Shown here: piece by piece, positions 36,956 to 46,530 of the stretch
Numbering within the stretch: the first letter of the stretch is position 1
How the letters are laid out: every line of letters starts with the position of its first letter
Assembly: GCA_943350445.1 (NCBI GenBank)
Contig: CALRAE010000001.1
Location: forward strand, 29,561-93,560
DNA length: 64,000 bases
Source of the DNA: Candidatus Nomurabacteria bacterium
GTDB taxonomy: Bacteria; Patescibacteriota; Minisyncoccia; Phycocordibacterales; UBA9973
Direction: 5' to 3'
Position numbers and translations under genes: made by a program
Notes under the pieces: generated by a model
Database searches by the model: none
What the model saw: only the letters and a program-made list of their open reading frames with translations
What the model was told of the DNA's origin: nothing

Positions 36956-38893
36956 ATGGATTTTAATTTTTTCAATAAAAAAGCGGGGCAGAATGTAGGT
37001 CAAAATAAAGGTAAAAAAAACATTAAGACACCAAAGTTTGGCAGTAGTGTTGTCGGGTCAGTATTTATTTTTATGCTCATCACGGCCGTATATTTAGTCG
37101 TGTCTGATAGTGCAAAAGTAATACCAGAAATTCCGATTTCTGATTTAGCCAAAAGTGTTTCTACTGGAGAGGTCAAAAATATTTTGGTGGAGGGCGACAA
37201 GCTGACTATTACTTATAAAAATGATGAGGTAAAGATAGCTAAGAAAGAAGTGGGCTCAGCGCTTTCACAGACTTTATTTAATTATGGTGTGACACCGCTC
37301 GCACTATCTAATACAGGGATAGAAATAAAAAATGAAAGTGGCTTTATGTTCTTACTCTTAAATATTTTGCCTTTCCTTCTTCCAATAGTATTTATTTTAA
37401 TTTTCTTCTGGTATTTATCTAGACAAGTCAAAGGTGCAGGCATACAGGCGATGACTTTCGGACAGTCAAAGGCTCGCATCACAGATCCGAATGATAAAAA
37501 CAATCGCGTGACTTTCAAAGATGTGGCCGGATGCAAAGAAGCGAAAGAAGAATTAAAAGAAATTGTTGATTTCTTGAAGAGTCCTAAAAAATTCCTCGAT
37601 ATCGGCGCGCGTATTCCAAAAGGCGTCATCTTGACTGGTTCTCCAGGTACAGGCAAGACCTTGCTCGCGCGAGCGGTGGCAGGGGAGGCAGGCGTCCCAT
37701 TCTTCCATTTGTCTGGATCAGAATTTGTGGAGATGTTTGTGGGTGTCGGAGCATCTCGCGTACGAGACCTTTTCAAAATGGCAAAGAAAGCAGCTCCAGC
37801 TATTATCTTCGTAGATGAGATAGATGCTATCGGGCGCACACGCGGTGGAGGCTTTGGCGGGGGGAATGACGAGCGTGAGCAGACTTTGAACCAAATATTG
37901 GTGGAGATGGATGGTTTCGAACCAAACGACAAGGTGATAGTCATGGCGGCGACCAACAGGCCAGATGTTCTCGACCCTGCGCTTATTCGCCCAGGACGTT
38001 TCGATCGAAAAGTGCTGCTTGATTTACCTGATCGCGCTGACCGTGAAGAGATATTAAAGATACATGCGATGAAGAAGCCTTTGGCGGAAGATATTAATTT
38101 AAAATTAATCGCGGAGCGCACTCCTGGATTCTCGGGTGCTGACCTTTATTCTCTAATGAACGAAGGTGCAATATTAGCTGCTCGTGAAAACAGAAAAAAA
38201 GTTTTCCAATTTGATTTAATACGAGCGATTGAGAAAGTCATGCTTGGGCCCGAGAGGAAGAGTCATCTACTTTCTAAGAAAGAAAAAGAAATTACTGCAT
38301 ATCACGAAGCTGGACACGCTCTAGTGGCTTCAGTACTTCCGTATGCTGACCCAGTGCATAAAGTTTCCATAATCGCTCGTGGGAATGCTGGGGGCTACAC
38401 CATGAAGCTTCCACTCGAAGAAAGACGCCTACAGTCAAAGAAAGAATTTATCGATGATATTGCTATGTCTCTCGGTGGATATGTGGCAGAGAAAATGATC
38501 TTTGGGGATATAACGACTGGCCCTTCCTCTGATCTACAAATGTCTACAAACCTAGCCAAGGCGATGGTCACACGTTGGGGTATGTCTGATCTTATTGGTC
38601 CAATAGCCCTTAATGGTGGAGGTGGCAGAGCTCATTATGGGGAAGTGGTTGAACAAGAATATTCTGAAGCTATTTCTGCAAAAGTCGATTCTGAGATTTC
38701 AAGAATCATTACTGATGGATTAAAATCTGCTGAAAAGGTCCTCAATGAACACCGTAAAGCTTTTGATGCTATAGCCAAGAAACTCATCGAAGTGGAGACA
38801 TTGGAGCAAGAAGAATATGAGAAGTTGCTCACGGCGCATGGGATAGTCTTGAAAAAAAAGGAAATCATAACACCTGCACCAGCTGCAGTTTAA
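36956..38893 (+). CDS. ftsH: ATP-dependent zinc metalloprotease FtsH
   Basis: 645 aa; 2 TM, AAA Walker [18 protein letters not shown] zinc motif. Confidence 0.95.
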   Translation: MDFNFFNKKAGQNVGQNKGKKNIKTPKFGSSVVGSVFIFMLITAVYLVVSDSAKVIPEIPISDLAKSVSTGEVKNILVEGDKLTITYKNDEVKIAKKEVGSALSQTLFNYGVTPLALSNTGIEIKNESGFMFLLLNILPFLLPIVFILIFFWYLSRQVKGAGIQAMTFGQSKARITDPNDKNNRVTFKDVAGCKEAKEELKEIVDFLKSPKKFLDIGARIPKGVILTGSPGTGKTLLARAVAGEAGVPFFHLSGSEFVEMFVGVGASRVRDLFKMAKKAAPAIIFVDEIDAIGRTRGGGFGGGNDEREQTLNQILVEMDGFEPNDKVIVMAATNRPDVLDPALIRPGRFDRKVLLDLPDRADREEILKIHAMKKPLAEDINLKLIAERTPGFSGADLYSLMNEGAILAARENRKKVFQFDLIRAIEKVMLGPERKSHLLSKKEKEITAYHEAGHALVASVLPYADPVHKVSIIARGNAGGYTMKLPLEERRLQSKKEFIDDIAMSLGGYVAEKMIFGDITTGPSSDLQMSTNLAKAMVTRWGMSDLIGPIALNGGGGRAHYGEVVEQEYSEAISAKVDSEISRIITDGLKSAEKVLNEHRKAFDAIAKKLIEVETLEQEEYEKLLTAHGIVLKKKEIITPAPAAV

Positions 38894-38924
38894 GTATTTC
38901 CAGTTTGAAAATTTAAAATCTAAA

Positions 38925-39398
38925 ATGCAAAATAAATTTTGGGGATGGTATAAGAGATGGTATAAGATTATCGCACCACTCACGGCGCTGCTTTTTTTGT
39001 CACAAATAGTCCACCTATATTGGATGACGACCAATATTGTTTTCTTTAAAGTTTTTGGACATGCATTTTGGGATCCTAGTGTTTTTTGGAATATTGTCAT
39101 TGCACTTATAGATTATTTTGAGATCCCTGCGATTATTTCTAGTACAGTTTTTTATATTCACCAGTATCGACAAGGTGTGGATCTCAAATGGAAAAGTTTG
39201 TTGTTTCTGTTCTTGATTAATTCTCAATGGATTCATCTATTTTGGATTACTGATGAGATAATTTACGAGCAGTTTGTGGGTACCTCTCTTGTTGCGATAC
39301 CTATATGGCTCTCTTGGATAGCTATTTTTATAGATTATCTAGAGCTTCCAGTTATGTATGATACAGTAAAAAAGGCGGTAATCTCTTTGCGTACTTAA
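38925..39398 (+). CDS. hypothetical membrane protein
   Basis: 157 aa, Trp-rich, 4 predicted TM. Confidence 0.4.
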   Translation: MQNKFWGWYKRWYKIIAPLTALLFLSQIVHLYWMTTNIVFFKVFGHAFWDPSVFWNIVIALIDYFEIPAIISSTVFYIHQYRQGVDLKWKSLLFLFLINSQWIHLFWITDEIIYEQFVGTSLVAIPIWLSWIAIFIDYLELPVMYDTVKKAVISLRT

Positions 39399-39475
39399 GA
39401 GGGAAGGGTAGTTTTACTCGTGTATACGAACCATGGTATACTATGCCAATACCTATCATTCATAGGTTCACTATA

Positions 39476-40150
39476 ATGGCAAGAAAATTAGATAAACAAA
39501 AGGCTCTAGCTATGCGTCAAAAGGGGATGAGTTATAGCCAGATTAAAGATCATATTGGTGTAAGTAAGAGCACCTTGAGTGGGTGGCTTAAAGATTTTCC
39601 TCTTAGTGAAAAAAGAATTAGAGAGTTGAGGGACAATAGCCCAATTCGTATTGAACGCTACAGGAATACAATGCGAGCTAAAAAAGAAGCCCGCCTAAAG
39701 ATGGTTTATGAAAAAGTGTCGAAAGACATAGGTGTTTTCTCAAAACGAGAAATTTTCTTATTGGGCATGTTCTTGTACTGGGGAGAAGGCACTAAAGCTA
39801 AAAATACTTCAGTTGCTCTCACAAATACAAATCCCGCAATGGTTAAGTTCTTTATCAATTGGCTTGATTCGTTTAATGTGCAAAGGAAAAAATTAAAAGT
39901 TAAATTGTATTTATATTCCGATATGAATATTAATAAATCTATTGCTTTTTGGTCAAAAGAGCTTAGAATACCAGTAAGCCAATTTACGAAGCCATACATT
40001 AAAAAGACTAATTTGGCATCGATAACTTATAAAAATGGCTTTGGTAAGGGGACTTGTTGTGTAATGTTTGATAATCGAGATCTTTTGGAATATATAATAA
40101 TGGGTTTGAAATATATTTCTGAAGTTAGTAATAAAAATATCCACCCTTAG
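39476..40150 (+). CDS. HTH-containing protein with LAGLIDADG-like motif (possible homing-endonuclease-like)
   Basis: N-terminal HTH MSYSQIKDHIGVSKSTLSGWL; later FLLGMFLYWGEGTK resembles a single LAGLIDADG motif; last 10 nt overlap tRNA-Ile. Confidence 0.35.
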   Translation: MARKLDKQKALAMRQKGMSYSQIKDHIGVSKSTLSGWLKDFPLSEKRIRELRDNSPIRIERYRNTMRAKKEARLKMVYEKVSKDIGVFSKREIFLLGMFLYWGEGTKAKNTSVALTNTNPAMVKFFINWLDSFNVQRKKLKVKLYLYSDMNINKSIAFWSKELRIPVSQFTKPYIKKTNLASITYKNGFGKGTCCVMFDNRDLLEYIIMGLKYISEVSNKNIHP

Positions 40151-40213
40151 CTCAGTTGGTAGAGCGAGCGCCTTATACGCGCCAGGTCCCTGGTTCGAGT
40201 CCAGGAGGGTGGA
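40141..40213 (+). tRNA. tRNA-Ile, apparent anticodon UAU
   Basis: Manual fold: 7-bp acceptor (C1-G72), D-arm GCTC/AGTTGGTA/GAGC, anticodon stem with one A.C mismatch, loop CTTATAC, T-arm CCTGG/TTCGAGT/CCAGG, discriminator A; CCA not encoded. Confidence 0.65.
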
Positions 40214-40283
40214 CATTAACGAGTTTTAAAAGGTTTTTAAAGAACCCTTGTAATTTATTTAGATTATAAGATATAATATAGTC

Positions 40284-40466
40284 ATGGAAAACCAAAAGAC
40301 AGGCGTAGATGAAATTTTTACTTGCGCAAAGTGTGGGAAGCAGAAAAAAAGATCCGAAGGGAAATTTGTTTTGGAGGGTTCTACTTTTTGTTGCAAGCAG
40401 TGTTGTGGTGATCCTTCTATTAGTAAGCATAAGGAAAAAGCTTCAGCTGTCTGTGAATTTTGTTAA
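40284..40466 (+). CDS. small Cys-rich metal-binding protein (TRASH/YHS-like)
   Basis: 60 aa; CAKCGK...(17)...FCCKQCC plus C-terminal CEFC. Confidence 0.45.
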   Translation: MENQKTGVDEIFTCAKCGKQKKRSEGKFVLEGSTFCCKQCCGDPSISKHKEKASAVCEFC

Positions 40467-40474
40467 ATTTTGTG

Positions 40475-41272
40475 ATGAAAAGACATTTATTTTTTTTAGT
40501 CATTATCTTTTTTATGAGCGCCAGTTCTGTTTTGGCGCATGTTGGGAATGAGTCCACTTTAGTAGAGACGATATCAAAAAATTCTTTTTCCTTTGTTACG
40601 ATTGGTGGTTTTTTAATTTCATTTTTAGTGATTTTGGCAAGCTTATATCCAAAATCTTCAGAGGCTTTTAAAATTTCTGTATTTGTTTTAATTACAATTA
40701 TCTCTTTGGGTATTACGTTTTATCTTTCCGGAACAACTATATATAAAAATAACAAATCAGCCACTGGTGGGCCAGTCCACTGGCACGCTGATTTTAGGAT
40801 TTTTACTTGCGGAGAAGAATTAGATTTAATCAAACCAACTGGATTTTTTAACAGAATTGGTAAAACTGATCTGCATGAACATGGTGATAAAAGAATTCAT
40901 GTAGAGGGAGTTGTAATGGATAAAAGAGACATCTCTCTGAGTAACTTTTTTAAAGTTATTGGTGGTAATCTTGCTTACGGTGAGTTTAATTTCCCAGGCC
41001 GAGAGAAATATGAAAGATTTATAGATGGTGATAAATGTGAAGATGGGCGAGAGGGTAAACTTCAAGTTTTTGTGTATAAGACCGAAGGAATGGAAATTAA
41101 ACAGAACAAAATTGCAGATTATCCTGAATATGTATTGTCTGGAGAATCAAAAATTCCTCCCGGTGATTGCATAATTTTTGAATTTACTCCTGATGAAAAA
41201 GATAAAACTGATCAGATTTGTAATTTTACAAAGATTGCCATAGATAAAGGAAAATTTAATTATATAAAATAA
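40475..41272 (+). CDS. exported/membrane protein with His-rich motifs
   Basis: Signal peptide plus 2 TM; HWHAD and HEHGDKRIH motifs in the extracytoplasmic domain. Confidence 0.4.
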   Translation: MKRHLFFLVIIFFMSASSVLAHVGNESTLVETISKNSFSFVTIGGFLISFLVILASLYPKSSEAFKISVFVLITIISLGITFYLSGTTIYKNNKSATGGPVHWHADFRIFTCGEELDLIKPTGFFNRIGKTDLHEHGDKRIHVEGVVMDKRDISLSNFFKVIGGNLAYGEFNFPGREKYERFIDGDKCEDGREGKLQVFVYKTEGMEIKQNKIADYPEYVLSGESKIPPGDCIIFEFTPDEKDKTDQICNFTKIAIDKGKFNYIK

Positions 41273-41273
41273 T

Positions 41274-41984
41274 ATGGGAATAGAAGCACAATTACCTACA
41301 ATACTTACAGTTATAATCACAGCAGCAATTGATTCAATCAATCCGTGTGCTATTGGTGTTTTGATTTTAATGATTTCAGTAATCTTAGGTTCGGGTGGCT
41401 CTATTAAGAGAATGGTGTTCCTTGGGTTCGTATATACTGCTTCTGTATTTGTGGTCTATCTAGCTGCAGGAATTGGCTTAGTTTATTATTTTGCTAGTAT
41501 TCCACTTTTTGTTGTTGAATATCTTTCTATCTCGGTTGGTATTATTGTTATTTTTGTTGGACTTTTAGAGATTAAAGATTATTTTTGGTATGGCCGTGGC
41601 TTTTCACTTTCTATACCTAAAACCGCAAGTCAAAAATTACATAATTATGCTTCTCGTATGTCTGTTTTTGGGATTATGTTTCTCGGAGCCTTTGTATCGG
41701 CCGTTGAATTGCCTTGCACAGGAGCCCCGTATCTTGCAATAATAACAATTCTTTCCCAGTATTTTGATTTCAAGGCTTTAATGCTTTTAGTTTTATATAA
41801 TTTCATTTTTGTTTCACCCCTAATCATCATAATTTTATTAATTGCAGCTGGAAAAAAGATTGAAGATATTCAACAATGGAAACAAGATTCGCGTGGCACA
41901 ATGAGATTGTTTATAGGACTTCTACTTATAGCTTTGTCTTGGTTCTTGATATTAATAGCAAACGGAACAATTAATCTAGGATAA
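41274..41984 (+). CDS. DsbD/CcdA-family-like thiol:disulfide (or metal) transporter membrane protein
   Basis: 6 TM; DSINPCAIGVL and VELPCTGAPY Cys motifs inside TM helices. Confidence 0.45.
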   Translation: MGIEAQLPTILTVIITAAIDSINPCAIGVLILMISVILGSGGSIKRMVFLGFVYTASVFVVYLAAGIGLVYYFASIPLFVVEYLSISVGIIVIFVGLLEIKDYFWYGRGFSLSIPKTASQKLHNYASRMSVFGIMFLGAFVSAVELPCTGAPYLAIITILSQYFDFKALMLLVLYNFIFVSPLIIIILLIAAGKKIEDIQQWKQDSRGTMRLFIGLLLIALSWFLILIANGTINLG

Positions 41985-41996
41985 GATAATAAGGTC

Positions 41997-42596
41997 ATGG
42001 ATAATAATACAATTACAAAATCTATACATCATCATAAATCAATGGGCCATTTAGCCCATCAACCAATTACAGATATTGTGAAGTTTAGTGCTATGCGTCT
42101 TGTAAAAGTTCGCTTGCCATGGCTTTTATTTGGGTTAGTGGGCGGTATGGTGGCTACATTAATTGTTCGCTCATCTGAGGGTGCTTTATTGGAAAGACTA
42201 GCTCTTGCTTTTTTTATACCCGTGATTGTATACATGTCTGACGCAGTGGGTACGCAAACAGAAACACTTTTTATACGAGCCTTGGTTATTGAAAAGATTA
42301 ATCTCGCAAAATATTTAGTAAAAGAAGTTTTTGTGGGGTTTTTATTGGGAACAGTTTTAGGGGTATTACTTTTTATTTATTCTATGATTATGTTTAATGA
42401 TATTGAGGTTTCTTTTGTAGTTGCTATATCTATTGTTGTAAGTTCAATTTGTTCGGTAATAATCGCAACCCTAGTCCCTCTTCTTTTACGGCATTTTGGT
42501 AAAGATCCAGCTATTGGAGCTGGACCGTTTACAACTATCGTCCAAGATATTTTTGCTTTAGTTATTTATTTTATAATTTCAGCAATTATAATATAA
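41997..42596 (+). CDS. MgtE-like divalent cation transporter, membrane domain only
   Basis: RLPWLLFGLVGG...FIPVIVYMSDAVGTQTETLFIRAL matches the MgtE TM domain; no CBS or N-terminal domain. Confidence 0.55.
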   Translation: MDNNTITKSIHHHKSMGHLAHQPITDIVKFSAMRLVKVRLPWLLFGLVGGMVATLIVRSSEGALLERLALAFFIPVIVYMSDAVGTQTETLFIRALVIEKINLAKYLVKEVFVGFLLGTVLGVLLFIYSMIMFNDIEVSFVVAISIVVSSICSVIIATLVPLLLRHFGKDPAIGAGPFTTIVQDIFALVIYFIISAIII

Positions 42597-42612
42597 AAAG
42601 TTTAATATCCTA

Positions 42613-44817
42613 TTATTCGAAGTGGAATTCCGATACTTTTTGGTGAACTTTTTGTTTGAGTAAGGGGTAGTTTATAAGTTCTGGGTCTTCTTCTATTAGT
42701 CTTATTGCTTCAGTTCGTGCGGCTTCGACCATCTTTAAATTTTTTATCGCTTCCATGCCTAGGTCTGTGATGCCCCATTGTTTAGTGCCTCCGAGTTCAC
42801 CAGCGCCTCGTAGGGCGAGGTCGAGCTCGGCAAGTTCAAAGCCATTTTTTGCAGTTTTGAGGGCTTTCAGTCGGTCCATGGTCTTCTCGCTTTTCGCTTC
42901 GGCAAAGACATAGCAATAAGCTTGATGAGTGCTTCTTATCACGCGTCCGCGGAGCTGGTGCAGCTGGGCCAAGCCGAACCTCTCGGCGCCTTCAATGACG
43001 ATGACGGTGGCGTTTGGGACATTCACACCGACTTCCACTACTGAGGTGGCGCAGAGGATGTGAATTTTTCCCTCGGTGAATTCTTGCATCACTGCTTCCT
43101 TTTTCTCCTTACTCATTTTACTATGAAGTATTCCTATCTCATATTCTTTGAACACATCTTTCTTCAACCTCTTGGCTTCTTCAGTGACTGATTTCATATT
43201 GAGTGCGAGCTCTTTCTCTGGGTCTGGTTCATTTATTCTCGGGCAGATAATGTAGAGCTGTCTACCAGATTCTAATTCTTTCCTTATTTTTTCATAAGTC
43301 TCTGTGCGCTTATTTGGTGTGATTATTTCTGTGATAATTTGTTTTCTTCCAGCTGGCATCTCGTCTAGGAGTGAGAGGTCTAAGTCTCCATATACAGTGA
43401 GTGCGAGTGTGCGGGGGATGGGAGTGGCAGTCATGGATAGTAGGTGGGGCGCGACGCCGTCTTTACGGACTAGTTTTCGTCTTTGAGCTGTACCAAAACG
43501 ATGCTGTTCATCTATAACCACGAGGGCTAAGTTTTTAAATTTAACAGCTTTTTGAATTAGGGCGTGGGTACCGATCAAAATAGGTATTTCCCCATTTGCT
43601 ACCCATTTAAGTAATTGTGTACGAGAAATATCAGTCCAGCTTGCCCCGTTTGCGGGGCCAATCGTCTTTGAGGGAAACTTCCGACACCCCGAACCGGTAA
43701 TCAGCCCAATGTTTATAGGCAAGTGGCGGAAGTATTGTATAAAAGATTCGAAATGTTGAGCCGCAAGTATTTCTGTGGGTGCCATATAGGCTACTTGCAA
43801 GTTTCCAAAGTTCTGCCCGTTCGGTCGCTGTTTGACTGTCAGATAGCTTGCCGTAGCTGCTACGGCTGTTTTACCACTTCCGACGTCGCCTTCGAGCAGG
43901 CGAGACATAGGGACGTTCTTTCCGATATCATTTAATATGGTTTCAATGGAATTTTTTTGTGAATTTGTTGGTTCAAAAGGGAAGCGTTTCAGGAAATCTT
44001 GCACACTCACATCGTCTTTCTTAATTTGGAAAGATTTATTTTTTCTGTATTCAAATTTATCATGCTGACGTTCGAGTTGGATGCAAAAGACTTCTTCAAA
44101 AGCAAATCTTTTGCGGGCAGATTCAGCATCATCTTTATCTTTTGGTTTATGTATCCATATAAGGGCAGTCTTGAGTGTCGGCAAGTTATACTTTTTTAAA
44201 ATATCGGCTGGCACATAATCCTCTAGATTATCTAATGTTTTTTCCCTAAGTATTTTTTCTATTGCATGATAAAACCACTTGGAAGTTATGCCTCGAGTTT
44301 CAGCATAAATAGGGTAAGAAAATCCTTCGTTTTTTATCTCCCCCTGCAAAGGGGGAGTGCCTGCAACGCGAGGGGGTCTGAAGAGCGTATTGTGTGAATC
44401 TATGGGCATATCGAGCATCTTTTCAAATTCTGGATTTGCTAGGTAAGTGCCACTTTTACTTTCTGTCACTTTGCCGGTTAATTTTACAGTGTCACCTTCG
44501 TGGATCATCTTGGCTAGATAGGCTTGGTTAAACCAAATAATTTTAATTTTACCCGATAAGTCTTCTATTGTCCCCTCAGCCATGGGTATTTTTGAGTGGA
44601 ACCCTTTTTTAGTTCTCAGGTTTGAAACCTTACCATAGACCGTCGCCACATCTCCAGCAGTTAATTCTGTGATTCTTTTTACTTCACTTATGTCGCTATA
44701 ACGAACAGGGAAGTCGAAAATCAGGTCAGCCACGGAGAAAAGTTTGAGCTTATGTAGTGCCTTTTTCTGATTTACATCCAGCCTGAATTTTGTTTCTAGT
44801 TTATCATGAAGTTCCAT
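42613..44817 (-). CDS. recG: ATP-dependent DNA helicase RecG
   Basis: 734 aa; wedge/OB region, GDVGSGKT, DEQHRFG, QLRGRVIR motifs. Confidence 0.9.
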   Translation of the reverse strand: MELHDKLETKFRLDVNQKKALHKLKLFSVADLIFDFPVRYSDISEVKRITELTAGDVATVYGKVSNLRTKKGFHSKIPMAEGTIEDLSGKIKIIWFNQAYLAKMIHEGDTVKLTGKVTESKSGTYLANPEFEKMLDMPIDSHNTLFRPPRVAGTPPLQGEIKNEGFSYPIYAETRGITSKWFYHAIEKILREKTLDNLEDYVPADILKKYNLPTLKTALIWIHKPKDKDDAESARKRFAFEEVFCIQLERQHDKFEYRKNKSFQIKKDDVSVQDFLKRFPFEPTNSQKNSIETILNDIGKNVPMSRLLEGDVGSGKTAVAATASYLTVKQRPNGQNFGNLQVAYMAPTEILAAQHFESFIQYFRHLPINIGLITGSGCRKFPSKTIGPANGASWTDISRTQLLKWVANGEIPILIGTHALIQKAVKFKNLALVVIDEQHRFGTAQRRKLVRKDGVAPHLLSMTATPIPRTLALTVYGDLDLSLLDEMPAGRKQIITEIITPNKRTETYEKIRKELESGRQLYIICPRINEPDPEKELALNMKSVTEEAKRLKKDVFKEYEIGILHSKMSKEKKEAVMQEFTEGKIHILCATSVVEVGVNVPNATVIVIEGAERFGLAQLHQLRGRVIRSTHQAYCYVFAEAKSEKTMDRLKALKTAKNGFELAELDLALRGAGELGGTKQWGITDLGMEAIKNLKMVEAARTEAIRLIEEDPELINYPLLKQKVHQKVSEFHFE

Positions 44818-44853
44818 TTATGGATTATATAACATTTATGTTACAATTGAATC

Positions 44854-45126
44854 ATGAATGCAATCGAACAATCACAAGCTTTCTTTTTTATTTCTTCAAT
44901 CGGATTTGTAATTCTGGGGGTATTGGTCGGGGTACTTGTATTCTACCTTGTCCGCATTAGTCGTACTTTTTCTAGGATTATCGATAAAGCGGAAGCAGAT
45001 ATAAACAATATAGGAGACACTACGAAAGAAATATTGTCTGACATTAGAGAGAGTACATTATTCCAATTCCTAGATAGGTTTATAAAAAAGAAAAAAACTA
45101 CGAAGAAGACAAAGATGTCTAACTAA
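44854..45126 (+). CDS. hypothetical small membrane protein
   Basis: 90 aa, one TM helix. Confidence 0.3.
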   Translation: MNAIEQSQAFFFISSIGFVILGVLVGVLVFYLVRISRTFSRIIDKAEADINNIGDTTKEILSDIRESTLFQFLDRFIKKKKTTKKTKMSN

Positions 45127-45174
45127 TTATTATTTTAAATATAAATTGCGCCAAGCGTGATTTTGCTAAATCAT

Positions 45175-45510
45175 ATGAAAAAAAATGTAAAAAAGGTTGT
45201 ATATAAAGGGATGTCTGGTGGTAAGAAGGTGGCGATAGGAGGAGCGATAGCGGCGATCGGAGCTGGCGCATATTACCTTTTAGGGCCCGATGCAAAAGCG
45301 CATCAAAAGAAGACGTCCGCTCTTTTAGCCAAAGTAAAAAAAGAAGTGCAAAGTGAAGCCAAAAAAGTAAAAGAATTATCTGGCCCTCTATATCACAAGG
45401 CAGTAGATGTAATATCAGCAAATTATGCCAAGCAATACAAAGCTCATAGAAAGGAGATAGTAGCTTTTGCGGCTAAACTAAAAAAGGAATACAAGAAAAT
45501 AGTTAAATAG
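45175..45510 (+). CDS. hypothetical Lys/Ala-rich protein
   Basis: ~111 aa from MKKNVKK; Gly/Ala hydrophobic segment then basic helical region. Confidence 0.3.
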   Translation: MKKNVKKVVYKGMSGGKKVAIGGAIAAIGAGAYYLLGPDAKAHQKKTSALLAKVKKEVQSEAKKVKELSGPLYHKAVDVISANYAKQYKAHRKEIVAFAAKLKKEYKKIVK

Positions 45511-45919
45511 TCTTATTCTCTAACTTTCTTTTCTCAAAATATTCATCTAGGGACCAAGCACTTGATCCATGTAAAAATATGGAAATTAAAGCCATACTGA
45601 GTCCAAAATCACGAACACCTATTTCGTTATATCCGACACTAAATGCGATTCCGAATAAATGCAGAGAGAGAAGTCCTGCAACTATTCTTGTGTAAAATCC
45701 GGCTATCAGAAGTGCTCCGAATACTAGCTCAAACAATCCGTTCATGTAAACAAAATTCATTTTACTAATGGGCAATTTATCTATCCATTCTGGCAAGTAT
45801 CCAATCCATGAAACTGGGCTGGTTATTTGTTGTGAACCGAACCAAAACATGACCAAACCAAGGGCAATTCGCATTACAACAGGAGCAAACGGTTGCATTT
45901 TTGTTTTTATATTTTCCAT
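45503..45919 (-). CDS. DoxX family membrane protein
   Basis: 138 aa, 4 TM; RIALGLVMFWFG typical of DoxX. Confidence 0.65.
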   Translation of the reverse strand: MENIKTKMQPFAPVVMRIALGLVMFWFGSQQITSPVSWIGYLPEWIDKLPISKMNFVYMNGLFELVFGALLIAGFYTRIVAGLLSLHLFGIAFSVGYNEIGVRDFGLSMALISIFLHGSSAWSLDEYFEKRKLENKTI

Positions 45920-45942
45920 ATATAAATAATATCACAAAACAT

Positions 45943-46030
45943 TGGCGGAGCCGGTGAGATTCGAACTCACGGTCCAATAAAGGACGGCGGTTTAGTAAAC
46001 CGCTGATTTAAACCACTCATCCACGGCTCC
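45943..46030 (-). tRNA. type II (long variable arm) tRNA, Ser-like identity, apparent anticodon ACU
   Basis: Manual fold: acceptor GGAGCCG/CGGCTCC, G73, encoded CCA, perfect anticodon stem GCGGT/ACCGC, loop TTACTAA, variable hairpin GTCC-TTTATT-GGAC, T-arm GTGAG/TTCGAAT/CTCAC. Confidence 0.55.
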
Positions 46031-46125
46031 ATGCTGACTTTTCAAAACTAAGGGGAGTATAGCAGAAAAAATGGAAAAACCAATGGAAAAATATGCAGAA
46101 TATGATAGAGTGATAAATAGAAAAA

Positions 46126-46217
46126 GGAGCCGTGTCAGAGTGGTCTAACGTACCTCTTTGCTAAAGAGGCAGGGGCTTCAAAACCCCTCGGCGGTTCGAA
46201 TCCGCCCGGCTCCGCCA
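46126..46217 (+). tRNA. tRNA-Ser (anticodon GCU)
   Basis: Acceptor GGAGCCG/CGGCTCC, G73, CCA; anticodon stem CCTCT/AGAGG, loop TTGCTAA; long variable arm GGGG-CTTCAAAA-CCCC; T-arm GGCGG/TTCGAAT/CCGCC. Confidence 0.8.
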
Positions 46218-46530
46218 AAGGCAATTTAGTATGAAAGCGATCCGTCGCATATTTACTTTTTAGTTTTACTGAGTTTGGTATTTATTGTTAATATATACTT
46301 ATGGAGTTTGCTGAATTTTACTTATATTTCGATAATTTCAGCATATTTAGTTGTCATCGTTTTCAGGGTTTCGGTCTCTTTACTTATCGAGAAAAAAGAA
46401 TTTGATTAGAAATTGTTTTTTTAATGAATGATTTAAGATGTGACAATAAGCTATTTACTAGCATTACTTTGCGTAAATTGATACAATTACACTGGTACTC
46501 TGGTACTATTATAAATTAACCTATATTTTT

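Noticed and set aside
37282-38121. 279-aa minus-strand ORF
   Set aside because: Antisense to ftsH, with an Arg/Ser-rich low-complexity translation. Typical spurious antisense ORF inside a conserved gene.
44335-44360. GC-rich palindrome CCCCTGCAAAGGGGGAG
   Set aside because: Lies inside the recG coding sequence (encodes ...PLQGE...). No flanking T-tract, so not a terminator.
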